Positions 29,763 through 38,373 of a DNA stretch of 64,000 bases are shown in pieces. Below the pieces are notes generated by a model, which was given only the letters and a program-made list of their open reading frames with translations, searched no databases and was not told the origin of the DNA. Origin of the DNA: an uncultured Candidatus Saccharibacteria bacterium (GTDB lineage: Bacteria > Patescibacteriota > Minisyncoccia > Phycocordibacterales > CALRHW01); contig CAYMIL010000001.1 of NCBI GenBank assembly GCA_964390845.1, positions 102,326 through 166,325 on the forward strand. Reading direction: 5' to 3'. Numbering within the stretch: the first letter of the stretch is position 1; each line of letters begins with the position of its first letter. The translations under genes and the position numbers were made by a program.

Positions 29763-30281
29763 ATGGAGATTGTACAGAGACACGACCCTATATTGCGCGC
29801 GCAAGCAGCTGAGGTGCCCCTAGCCGACATCTCAACTCCTCGTATTAAAAATGTCATAGCGGACATGAAGCGCATTCTTGCGACACAACACGACGGTGTT
29901 GCCATAGCAGCCCCACAGATAGGTCACTCCCTACGCATATTTGTTGTATCTAAAAAAGTCTTTGCACTTGAAGAAGACAATGAGGATACGGCGCAATACG
30001 AAGACCTCACATTTATCAACCCCACAATTACGCGCATGTCCAAAAAAATGAAAGCTGTCGATGAAGGGTGTTTGAGCGTGCGTTATTTGTATGGCAAAGT
30101 CATGCGCGCCGAAAAAGCAACCGTTGTCGCATATGACGAACACGGAAAGAAATTTACACGGCACGGCTCTGGCCTGTTGGCACAAGTTTTCCAGCATGAA
30201 ACCGACCATCTCGACGGCACACTTTTTATAGACAAAGCGACAGATCTTCAAGAAATACCACCTGAAGACAGCGCACACTAG
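29763..30281 (+). CDS. def: Peptide deformylase
   Basis: Motifs GVAIAAPQIG, EGCLS, QHETDHLDG. Confidence 0.9.
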   Translation: MEIVQRHDPILRAQAAEVPLADISTPRIKNVIADMKRILATQHDGVAIAAPQIGHSLRIFVVSKKVFALEEDNEDTAQYEDLTFINPTITRMSKKMKAVDEGCLSVRYLYGKVMRAEKATVVAYDEHGKKFTRHGSGLLAQVFQHETDHLDGTLFIDKATDLQEIPPEDSAH

Positions 30282-30285
30282 CACC

Positions 30286-31161
30286 ATGTTGAACACTCAC
30301 GCATCCACTCCGATAGTATTCTTTGGCACGTCAGCATTTTCAGTATCCGTCTTAGAAACACTCGCCTCTCGCGGGATTACACCTTCACTTATCGTCACCG
30401 CACCAGATAAGCCCCAAGGTCGTAAACTCATCCTCACACCCCCACCCGCAAAGATGTGGGCAGATGCTCATGGTGTTGCCGTCATTCAGCCCTCAACCCT
30501 CCGTGCTCAGCGCATCGCCCCCGAGACACTCGAAACACTTCGCTCATACGCCGATGGCGTGTTTATCGTCGCATCATACGGTCTCATTATTCCGAAAGAT
30601 ATTTTAGATATCCCTCAACACAAAACGCTCAACATTCACCCATCGCTCTTGCCGGCACTACGCGGACCTTCTCCTATTCAAACAGCAATACTGCAAGAAA
30701 AAGAAACTGGGGTAACAATCATGCGCCTAGACGAAGAAGTGGATCACGGCCCGATTGTCGCACAGCAAAAGACACCCTACACACCATGGCCTCCATACTA
30801 CGATGAGCTTGAGCACGCCCTCGCATGCGCTGGTGCAAACCTCCTTGCAGACATTCTTCCACAATGGATCAATGGGGCTATTGCGGAACATGAACAAGAC
30901 CACATGGCGGCAACATACTCTAAGAAAATTTCAAAGGAAGATGGCCTAATTTCCCTCGACGCACCCGCAGAAGAAAACCTGAGAAAAATTCGCGCTCTCT
31001 CTCGATGGCCAGGCGCGTATTTCTTTGCCGACAGACGTGGTACACCCATTCGCGTGCGCATAAAAAGCGCATCGCTTTCAGGCGACACGCTTTTTATCGA
31101 ACGAGTTGTTCCCGAAGGAAAACGAGAAATGGATTATCGTGATTTCCTAAACGGTCTGTAG
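30286..31161 (+). CDS. fmt: Methionyl-tRNA formyltransferase
   Basis: N-terminal formyltransferase domain (NIHPSLLPALRGPSPIQ) and C-terminal domain. Directly follows def. Confidence 0.9.
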   Translation: MLNTHASTPIVFFGTSAFSVSVLETLASRGITPSLIVTAPDKPQGRKLILTPPPAKMWADAHGVAVIQPSTLRAQRIAPETLETLRSYADGVFIVASYGLIIPKDILDIPQHKTLNIHPSLLPALRGPSPIQTAILQEKETGVTIMRLDEEVDHGPIVAQQKTPYTPWPPYYDELEHALACAGANLLADILPQWINGAIAEHEQDHMAATYSKKISKEDGLISLDAPAEENLRKIRALSRWPGAYFFADRRGTPIRVRIKSASLSGDTLFIERVVPEGKREMDYRDFLNGL

Positions 31162-31520
31162 TTGTAGACACCCTTGAGCATATTTTTTATTTTTGCTCCA
31201 CCACGTCGAAGGAGTGTGAGTCGCTTAGACTTTTTCGACTTCATCTCCCGCAACATTTCATCTTTCACATGATCGATTGCTGAATGCAATGTCTCTTTCT
31301 CAGCGACAGCGCGCAAATGCATACCTCGAGAATGGCAATTTATTTCTGCACGAAATACATCGTCACCTGTCGCATGATGACGTGACGGACGACCAAGCTC
31401 AATCTCACACAACATCGAATCATCCTGCGCGATTCTCTCAATCGCCAAAAGTTTTTCATCGAGGTATGCCGATGTCTCTGGCGAAATGGTGATATTTGTT
31501 GCTTTTATATTTGTTTTCAT
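31134..31520 (-). CDS. hpf: Ribosome hibernation promoting factor (HPF/RaiA family)
   Basis: Start at the internal Met with an AGGGGT RBS. MKTNIKATNITISPETSAYLDEKL matches the RaiA/HPF family. Confidence 0.75.
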   Translation of the reverse strand: MKTNIKATNITISPETSAYLDEKLLAIERIAQDDSMLCEIELGRPSRHHATGDDVFRAEINCHSRGMHLRAVAEKETLHSAIDHVKDEMLREMKSKKSKRLTLLRRGGAKIKNMLKGVYNYRPFRKSR

Positions 31521-31536
31521 ACCCCTATTATACCAA

Positions 31537-31764
31537 TCACTTATCAATATCAACAGAGAATATTTTTGAGGGCGAATGATGGCCAGAAATAAGGCGAATT
31601 TTGCCTACAGGTACACCGTATTGGCGTGCCACAATCTCACGTACACGCTCATTTGCCATATTACGCTCAGCCTTCTCTCGTACCGACACCGCAAAGCGAC
31701 CAGCAGAAAGTGTCTCGAGCAATTCCTTTTTTGCGCCAGCACGCACCTTTACATGAATATACAT
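31537..31764 (-). CDS. DUF167 (YggU-like) family protein
   Basis: 75 aa. MYIHVKVRAGAKKE...GKAN..V pattern typical of YggU proteins. Confidence 0.6.
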   Translation of the reverse strand: MYIHVKVRAGAKKELLETLSAGRFAVSVREKAERNMANERVREIVARQYGVPVGKIRLISGHHSPSKIFSVDIDK

Positions 31765-31773
31765 TGCGAGCTG

Positions 31774-32655
31774 TTAGTCGAAGATATGCACAAGATACGT
31801 ATCAATTTCGCGTTGATCCATATCGTAGAAATTCTCGCCGCGATCATGCAAATCGAGTGCAAGTTCTTTACCTACAAAACGCCAATGCCACGGCTCAAAC
31901 TGGTAATATGCATTACCTTTTGGATACGAAAGTACAAATCCATAATTTTGTGCATGCTCTGTAAGCCATGTGTACGCAGATGTCTTTTCAAAATTAGTGA
32001 AATCACCGCTTCCACCAGCCACTTCAAAATCTATCGCTGTACCAAGCTGATGTTCAGAGTATCCTTGATCTGCAGAAAACTGATTTGCTCCAGATCCGTA
32101 CACCACCTTATACGACGCCTTCAAAGACGACTGCTGGTCAAACGAGCGGTACGCCGACACAATACGCAATTCGATACCATCATCTTCAGCATCACGAATC
32201 ATTTCACGCACATATTTTCGCACCTGAGCATGAATCTGTTGTGGTTTGTTTGGATCAAACAAAAACTCTTCATCAATATCTGAGAGTCGCGCTGGCACAT
32301 AATGCTCATTGAGGAAAAAGACCTTAGAATACTTTTGCAACAGCTCTTTATCTGTTTTGCTCAACTTCTCAAGTGTATTCACTTGCTTATTGATATCTTT
32401 GAGGTCAGATGCAAACTGTTGATTTTGTGACTGCGCAGTGGCAAGCAGGTCTGAAAGGTTTTCGTTTTCAGAAGTTTTTGCGTCAATTGCGTCTTCAAGC
32501 TCTTCGATTTTATCTCGAGTTTTTGTAGATAGCGCAACATACTCAGTCTGTTGTGCGCGCGTTTTCACAAAGAGCACGATATTGAGCACGATACTTACCA
32601 AGAGAATACTCGCCCCAATAGAGAGATGTACCTTGTTGAGCTTCATGGCGACCAT
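31774..32655 (-). CDS. D-alanyl-D-alanine carboxypeptidase, VanY/M15B family, membrane-anchored with coiled-coil linker
   Basis: N-terminal TM, coiled-coil, M15 motifs SAYRS, SEHQLGTAIDF, EPWHWR. Confidence 0.75.
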   Translation of the reverse strand: MVAMKLNKVHLSIGASILLVSIVLNIVLFVKTRAQQTEYVALSTKTRDKIEELEDAIDAKTSENENLSDLLATAQSQNQQFASDLKDINKQVNTLEKLSKTDKELLQKYSKVFFLNEHYVPARLSDIDEEFLFDPNKPQQIHAQVRKYVREMIRDAEDDGIELRIVSAYRSFDQQSSLKASYKVVYGSGANQFSADQGYSEHQLGTAIDFEVAGGSGDFTNFEKTSAYTWLTEHAQNYGFVLSYPKGNAYYQFEPWHWRFVGKELALDLHDRGENFYDMDQREIDTYLVHIFD

Positions 32656-32682
32656 TGTAGCACAAAAGGAGCTCGGGTGCCC

Positions 32683-33507
32683 TTAGGACAGAAGCACACC
32701 TCCATCGACCACCACCTGCGAACCCGTCATATAACTTGAACAATCAGAGGCGAGGAAAAGCGCGACTTTGCCGATTTCGTCTGGCTCACCCATACGCTTC
32801 ATTGGAATCTTCTCAATAAACTTTTTCTGGATAGCATCAAGAGCTGGTGTGCTTGGGGCACCAACACCGGTACCTGGTGTGCGTATACCCCCTGGAGCAA
32901 TAGCGTTGACCTGTATGTTGTGCGGCGCGAGCTCAAGGGCAGAATTTTTTGTAAAACCCCACATGCCGTGTTTAGACGCATCATAAGCCGCGAGCCCCAC
33001 AGCCGACGGATGAAGCGCATCAATGGAAGTGATGTTAATTATCTTTCCCCCACGACCCTGCCGTATCATAACTTCAGCAACATACTTTGTGCACAAAAAC
33101 GTACTTTTTAGATTGACGGCAAGAATAGTATCAAACGTCTCAACTGGCATCGACACTATCGGCATCACCGGATAAATACCGGCATTGTTTACCAAAATAT
33201 CAACGCCACCACCAACAGACACTGCATGCTCGACGATACGGCGCACATCGTCCTCACGAGATACATCGCCCGCAATAGCAGACGCACGCCACCCACTCTC
33301 TGTAAGCTCTCGAGCGGCACTCTCTGCGTTTTGCTCATTTCGATCAGCAATAACCACATGTGCGCCCGCTTCAGCAAGGCGTCGCGCGATACCAAGCCCA
33401 ATACCCACCGCTCCTCCCGTTACAATGGCAGTCTTTTGAGACATATCCATTATGTGTGCAATAGTTGTTGTTTCTGTTTTCATGTTTTTATTATACCTGA
33501 TATACAA
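32683..33507 (-). CDS. Short-chain dehydrogenase/reductase (FabG-like)
   Basis: TGGAVGIGLG cofactor motif, NNAG, catalytic YxxxK (YDASKHG). Confidence 0.85.
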   Translation of the reverse strand: MYIRYNKNMKTETTTIAHIMDMSQKTAIVTGGAVGIGLGIARRLAEAGAHVVIADRNEQNAESAARELTESGWRASAIAGDVSREDDVRRIVEHAVSVGGGVDILVNNAGIYPVMPIVSMPVETFDTILAVNLKSTFLCTKYVAEVMIRQGRGGKIINITSIDALHPSAVGLAAYDASKHGMWGFTKNSALELAPHNIQVNAIAPGGIRTPGTGVGAPSTPALDAIQKKFIEKIPMKRMGEPDEIGKVALFLASDCSSYMTGSQVVVDGGVLLS

Positions 33508-33515
33508 TAATAGGC

Positions 33516-34034
33516 ATGGGACACAAAACAGTTATCGTGCATGACACGATGCAACGTGGATACACATACACGTTGTCGGCACCCATCGGTAAAGATTTTG
33601 ACCCCGATTTCAAACCAGACCTTACTCCAGCAGAGATGCTTTCACTCGGCGTATTTGGTGGCGTATACATGCGCGACTGCACTGACGAGTTTCCAAAAGA
33701 ATGGTTTACGCATGCACGGTTTGCGCCAAGAGATGTGCGCACACATGTCGCAGACCTCAACTTTTTCGGCGTACAGGCGAGTCAGCCGTTGTCTGTATGG
33801 CGAAAAAAAGGGTGGATTTACAATGATGACCCACGAGGATGGTTTCAGTGGTATTGCAGATATTACATGGGTCGCCGTCTTCCCGAAGAAGATGCTCGAC
33901 AGATAAAACGATGGCGTGCAATGCGAAGACACAGTGCACAGATTCACCACAACTGCAGACCTGGCGACATGTCGTGTCATCGAAAACAGCGACAAGCGCT
34001 TCTCCACTGGGCTTACGATAGCCGGAAAATTTAG
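33516..34034 (+). CDS. Conserved hypothetical protein, Trp/Tyr-rich with Cys/His-rich C-terminus
   Basis: 172 aa. RBS-like spacing. Motifs GWFQWYCRYYMGRR, HHNCRPGDMSCH. Family not recognised. Confidence 0.45.
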   Translation: MGHKTVIVHDTMQRGYTYTLSAPIGKDFDPDFKPDLTPAEMLSLGVFGGVYMRDCTDEFPKEWFTHARFAPRDVRTHVADLNFFGVQASQPLSVWRKKGWIYNDDPRGWFQWYCRYYMGRRLPEEDARQIKRWRAMRRHSAQIHHNCRPGDMSCHRKQRQALLHWAYDSRKI

Positions 34035-34047
34035 AACAGAGACCGCC

Positions 34048-34242
34048 CTATTTCAAATACTTACTTGCGACACTGAGCGCAAAAGATGGGAGTATGATGA
34101 ACACACACGTCATAAGCATTCGCAAGAGAATTTGATTGAGGGGTGCATTGTCATTGTCGACGCCAAATAGCGCGAGGCATAGGCCAATAATACCAAACGC
34201 AATCGAGGCATATATAAACACACGAGTTGAAATCTTTTGCAT
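34048..34242 (-). CDS. Small hypothetical membrane protein (2 TM)
   Basis: 64 aa, two hydrophobic helices. Confidence 0.3.
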   Translation of the reverse strand: MQKISTRVFIYASIAFGIIGLCLALFGVDNDNAPLNQILLRMLMTCVFIILPSFALSVASKYLK

Positions 34243-34418
34243 AGAGATAGTATATCACTATTCATCAATTGTTTACCTGAAACGCATACACTTCGTCAGC
34301 CCGCTTCACCTCTTCAATATTTCGCAAGTCATACTCGCGTTGAGAAATATCTACAAAAGGCATTTCAATAATGCATGCATCGAAAGCAATGAATTCGTCT
34401 AATCTTTTTGTCAATCAA

Positions 34419-35369
34419 TCACCCCTCGCAAATATCCCACTCAAACCCCCTACCGAAATGTCCACCCACAGATGTTTTAGCAAATTTAATTTTATCTAAT
34501 CGAAGCAATGTTCTAATACCAAGCGGAGATAGATCGTAATCATCTATAGACACCTCTTTTCCATCCACAAGTGCAATATTCATCACAGGATTTTGTTTAC
34601 CTATAGCATATGCGAGCTTTACCAGCACCTCTTTGGCATTATATTTTTTCAAATAATCAACGGCGATTTTTCTAGCAACATATGCTCCGGAACGATCTAC
34701 CTTTGTATAATCTTTTCCAGAAAAAGAACCTCCGCCTATTGGCACCCTTGGCCCATAATTATCTATAACAATTTTTCTACCAGACAAACCGGTGTCTGCA
34801 TCAAAACCGCCCTGCTTCCATTCACCTGCAGGATTTATCAAATACTCCTCTGCTTTAATTATTTTTTTTACTAACTTCAAAAGTTCGGGAGATTTTGTGT
34901 TTTGAAAACTTGCGACGACGGTTTTAACTTTTTTATTTTCTATAGTAACCTGCGTCTTTCCATCATATGGATATTTTTTGTAAATTTCCATGCATAGATT
35001 TCTCGCAAGCTCATATTCTAGTGGTAATAAATTTTTAGTTTCGTTACACGCATAGCCGATCATGATTCCCTGATCTCCAGCTCCGCCAGTATCAACTCCG
35101 CGAGCTATTTCAGGACTTTGTTTTGAAATATTGATTATTATCTTATACCCCTTCCCCACAATGTCTTTTACAATTTTCTCTAATTGTGGATTCGCTTTTG
35201 ATGTCACCTCTCCATTTATTGTGATAAGTTTGTGACCGCCCATTATTTCTACAGCAACTCTAGATTCCGGATCTTTTTTCAAATATGCATCGAGAATGCT
35301 GTCTGCTATAACATCACATTGCTTGTCAGGATGTTTTGGACTAACAAATTCTGCTGTGTATGTACTCAT
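34419..35369 (-). CDS. metK: S-adenosylmethionine synthetase (short, AT-rich gene)
   Basis: Start at the internal Met with an AAGAGGA RBS. GHPDK-like motif (SPKHPDK) and GGGSFSGKDYTKVDRSGAY (MetK signature GGGAFSGKDPTKVDRS). About 316 aa, shorter than typical. Confidence 0.75.
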   Translation of the reverse strand: MSTYTAEFVSPKHPDKQCDVIADSILDAYLKKDPESRVAVEIMGGHKLITINGEVTSKANPQLEKIVKDIVGKGYKIIINISKQSPEIARGVDTGGAGDQGIMIGYACNETKNLLPLEYELARNLCMEIYKKYPYDGKTQVTIENKKVKTVVASFQNTKSPELLKLVKKIIKAEEYLINPAGEWKQGGFDADTGLSGRKIVIDNYGPRVPIGGGSFSGKDYTKVDRSGAYVARKIAVDYLKKYNAKEVLVKLAYAIGKQNPVMNIALVDGKEVSIDDYDLSPLGIRTLLRLDKIKFAKTSVGGHFGRGFEWDICEG

Positions 35370-35594
35370 ATAAATAAAAAATTCCTCTTGTAATGAGGAA
35401 AGATAGCGACGTTTTATCTTTCCCAAACTGGGCCAGATGGAGCACCTTGTGTACACAGGTTGCTGAATGGTCATTGAGCTGGATCTCTCGCATTCTCTTG
35501 ATATATTCAGTTGTGATTACATTTTAGCACATGTTAATTATGTGGGGCAACAAAAGAAAAAGAGAGCGCTTTCGTGCTCTCTCATCCTATAGTG

Positions 35595-35667
35595 CTCCGC
35601 GGCTAGGGATCGAACCTAGGACCTAGCGATTAACAGTCGCTTGCTCTACCAGCTGAGCTACCGCGGA
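35595..35667 (-). tRNA. tRNA-Asn (anticodon GUU)
   Basis: Reverse complement TCCGCGGTAGCTCAGCTGGTAGAGCAAGCGACTGTTAATCGCTAGGTCCTAGGTTCGATCCCTAGCCGCGGAG folds as a cloverleaf. Anticodon loop CTGTTAA, T-loop TTCGATC. CCA not encoded. Confidence 0.85.
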
Positions 35668-35839
35668 ATGTCGTACGCGCCACCTGCGCGTAAAAAACAT
35701 AATAGCAAAACTAGGCCATGATGCAACCCGCCACGAATAGCCCAGCCATTGACAACCACATTTTTCAGCAGTATTCTATCGACCAGAGTACACTGACGTT
35801 TACGACACACCACTCGCACACCTTACCAAGGAATATGCC

Positions 35840-36178
35840 ATGAGGGAGGGTCCCGGACACGGTGCGATCGCGGCAGAGTTTTTCCGATTCTTTCACAAGA
35901 AATCGACCCCGCGCCACACCATCGAGAACGATCTGATCTTCAAGAAAGCCAAGACGTTTGGTGTCGTGCCTTCGACACTGCTGGGCTTTCTCCAGTCACT
36001 GCACTACACCCACCGCCTCCCGAAAACTCAGTACACATACACCGTGTGCGCTGAGTTCCTTTCGGGAGAGCCAACCGTGGAGGACGTGATCAAGTTCATC
36101 TGGAAGAGCGTCGATGACGCCTATCTGGAGCGACGCATGCGTTTTCAGCGTCGTCATGCACCAACCGCCAATACCTAA
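35840..36178 (+). CDS. Hypothetical protein (GC-rich island)
   Basis: 112 aa ORF. High GC relative to flanks. Confidence 0.4.
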   Translation: MREGPGHGAIAAEFFRFFHKKSTPRHTIENDLIFKKAKTFGVVPSTLLGFLQSLHYTHRLPKTQYTYTVCAEFLSGEPTVEDVIKFIWKSVDDAYLERRMRFQRRHAPTANT

Positions 36179-36198
36179 GACAACAGAAGGAACCGACC

Positions 36199-36846
36199 AT
36201 GAAGAACAGCCAGACCGAGCTTCGCAAGCGCATGAAAGCATTCACGAGCGATGTCTCGACCAGGTTCACCATCTCGCTCGCAAGCCAGGCGTTTCCGGAC
36301 AAGGAACACGCCGACATCCCAATGATCGGCCGGGAAGGCCGGAAACTCGGCACGATTCCGGAGATCACGGAAGGCATGGTGCGCTCATGCATCGCAAGCG
36401 CGCTCGACAAGGTCAACGCACACATACCTCCCGAAGAACTCGAGAAGGCTGTGTGCGGATGGGAAGGTCGCACCGCGCGAGGTGTTGCTATGCGCGCGTG
36501 CCGTGTCTGCGTGCGCGAGTTCACGCTCGAGTGCATGGACATCGTCTACACGGAGATCTTCGCCTGCCTCGCACTGGAAGAGCGCTTTGAGTGGAACTCG
36601 TGCCTGAAGCGCCTCGGCGCAAACCAGGGCGACCTGGCAGAACTCGAGTTCAATCTGTCCAAGCGACTCAACGTGCCACAGATGACAAACGAGGAACGAC
36701 TCGCTGTCATCAACACGTTCCACTCGAACAAGCCAATCCTGGCAAGCGACGTCCTGTCGTTCTGTCTCAAGCCCTTTCTCGAGCGCAAGCTCACGGCCCT
36801 TCAGATCCTCTATCGCAACCCAAGCGATGTGAGCACTGCGGCCTAA
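36199..36846 (+). CDS. Hypothetical protein, Cys-containing (GC-rich island)
   Basis: 215 aa. AGGAAC-like RBS 6 nt upstream. No motifs recognised. Confidence 0.45.
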   Translation: MKNSQTELRKRMKAFTSDVSTRFTISLASQAFPDKEHADIPMIGREGRKLGTIPEITEGMVRSCIASALDKVNAHIPPEELEKAVCGWEGRTARGVAMRACRVCVREFTLECMDIVYTEIFACLALEERFEWNSCLKRLGANQGDLAELEFNLSKRLNVPQMTNEERLAVINTFHSNKPILASDVLSFCLKPFLERKLTALQILYRNPSDVSTAA

Positions 36847-36959
36847 ACCAACACCCTCGCGGACAAGTTTGTTCGCGGGGGTGTTCTACTTTGACAACAC
36901 CACATACAGCACGTACCATCAATACAGGCGCACACCATCAACACGGAAGGAGGTTGGTA

Positions 36960-37262
36960 ATGAAATTCCCACGCAACGAAACAGCGCATACGGTCGAACG
37001 ATACGTCGTTCAGGCGCTCTTCATTCAGTTCCTCTTCAGGAACAAGGTCAACGACAAGACACTCAAGATCACCACAAGCACTGTCGGGGCGCTCTCCCTT
37101 GGCAAGGTGCACATCGAGACGTTTGTCCACGAGTTGTCGCTTGAGTGCAAGAACAAGATCTGCCTCAGCGACAAGGAAATGAACCATCTTCTGGAGGAAC
37201 ATCGGACAATCGACGAGATCATCACGCTCTTGTGGGAGAAGACGAAAACCTCCCGCACGTGA
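36960..37262 (+). CDS. Hypothetical protein (GC-rich island)
   Basis: About 100 aa from MKFPRNE, with a GGAGG RBS. Followed by a strong terminator. Confidence 0.4.
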   Translation: MKFPRNETAHTVERYVVQALFIQFLFRNKVNDKTLKITTSTVGALSLGKVHIETFVHELSLECKNKICLSDKEMNHLLEEHRTIDEIITLLWEKTKTSRT

Positions 37263-37293
37263 GATGAAGGTCACGAATGGTTGATAGGACTTA

Positions 37294-37327
37294 GGGCGCG
37301 CCGCACAGCGGCGCGCCCTTCTTTTTT
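37294..37327 (+). terminator. Rho-independent terminator
   Basis: GGGCGCGCCG-CACAG-CGGCGCGCCC perfect 10-bp GC stem followed by TTCTTTTTT. Confidence 0.7.
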
Positions 37328-37808
37328 ACCTAGTTACAGATATTGGAGTAGACGGGTCAATCTCACTATTTGCAGAAACAGTAATCCTATCCGTCTCCTG
37401 ATTACGTGAAATGGTATACCCTGTCGCATACTCATCTGTATTAGCTGGTTGGGACACAAGTGAATCGTGTGGCAACTGTGCAAGATACAGCGGAACCAGA
37501 CATGGGCGGATATCGATTGTCCCAGCGCCACCAAGAGAACTCATCTCAGCACCTGGCTCAAGCGGGATATCAAACGCACTACCGTCACACGTAAAGACAC
37601 CGCGATTGTCGGCAATGTTTTGTCCAACCGCATTGAGAATCGCATTCACATTACTCACCCGTTGAGAATCTCTCGCTTGCTTAAATTGCCTCGACGGATT
37701 AATTGCTACAAGTACTATGCCCGCAAGAATCGCAATGATTCCAAGCACAAGCAAAATTTCTATCAACGTAAACCCTCTCGTATGTATTCTTTTCTTCATA
37801 TCGCTCAC
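37326..37808 (-). CDS. Type IV pilin / pseudopilin with prepilin N-terminal cleavage-methylation domain
   Basis: RGFTLIEILLVLGIIAILAGIV class III signal peptide. Variable C-domain with Cys pair. Confidence 0.75.
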   Translation of the reverse strand: MSDMKKRIHTRGFTLIEILLVLGIIAILAGIVLVAINPSRQFKQARDSQRVSNVNAILNAVGQNIADNRGVFTCDGSAFDIPLEPGAEMSSLGGAGTIDIRPCLVPLYLAQLPHDSLVSQPANTDEYATGYTISRNQETDRITVSANSEIDPSTPISVTR

Positions 37809-37836
37809 TATTTAGAGCGATAGTTCACAAGTATTG

Positions 37837-38334
37837 TTATCGCGCCACAAACGACGCGCCGACCATTTCCCCATCTGGTGACCGCATAAGCGTATCTGTA
37901 TGGTATCCAAACTGCCCATCACCATTTTCTCTATAAATACCCACATAGTATGTTGCACCATCTGTGGTGCCCCGAAGTAGTGGTACAGGGAAATTGTCAT
38001 ATTCACCAGCAGGTAAATCTCGTGCACCGAGTACATTTCCCAAATCGCCATCTTTATCTTCAAACACAGCAACCCAACCTGGCTCGGTGAGTTTCGCATG
38101 AGCAATCATCACAACTTTTCCAGCGACCTGATCCTCCACAACAACCGTATCGTCCGTACGCACAGCACCCACAACAGCCGCCGTCTGCTGTGACGCATTT
38201 TCAGAGGCTGTGTCTGATAAACGAGAATCCATGTCGCCACGACCACCCCACACCGCAAAACCAGTGCTCACGCCGAGCACAAACCCAATAACAGTGCCGA
38301 TAATAATTCTATTCTGTGGGGTTATATTTTTCAT
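37837..38334 (-). CDS. Hypothetical membrane-anchored secreted protein
   Basis: 165 aa. N-terminal TM anchor, then a soluble domain. No family recognised. Confidence 0.45.
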   Translation of the reverse strand: MKNITPQNRIIIGTVIGFVLGVSTGFAVWGGRGDMDSRLSDTASENASQQTAAVVGAVRTDDTVVVEDQVAGKVVMIAHAKLTEPGWVAVFEDKDGDLGNVLGARDLPAGEYDNFPVPLLRGTTDGATYYVGIYRENGDGQFGYHTDTLMRSPDGEMVGASFVAR

Positions 38335-38373
38335 AAAGAAAGTATAACACGCACACAGCTGTCCACAGTTTCC

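Noticed and set aside
31576-32283. 235-aa plus-strand ORF
   Set aside because: It is antisense to the VanY-like carboxypeptidase gene and has no motifs or RBS.
36591-37262. 223-aa plus-strand ORF spanning two smaller genes
   Set aside because: Its N-terminal half overlaps the better-supported 36199-36846 ORF in another frame and is Arg/Pro-rich, a GC-frame artefact. Only its C-terminal part from MKFPRNE with a GGAGG RBS is kept.
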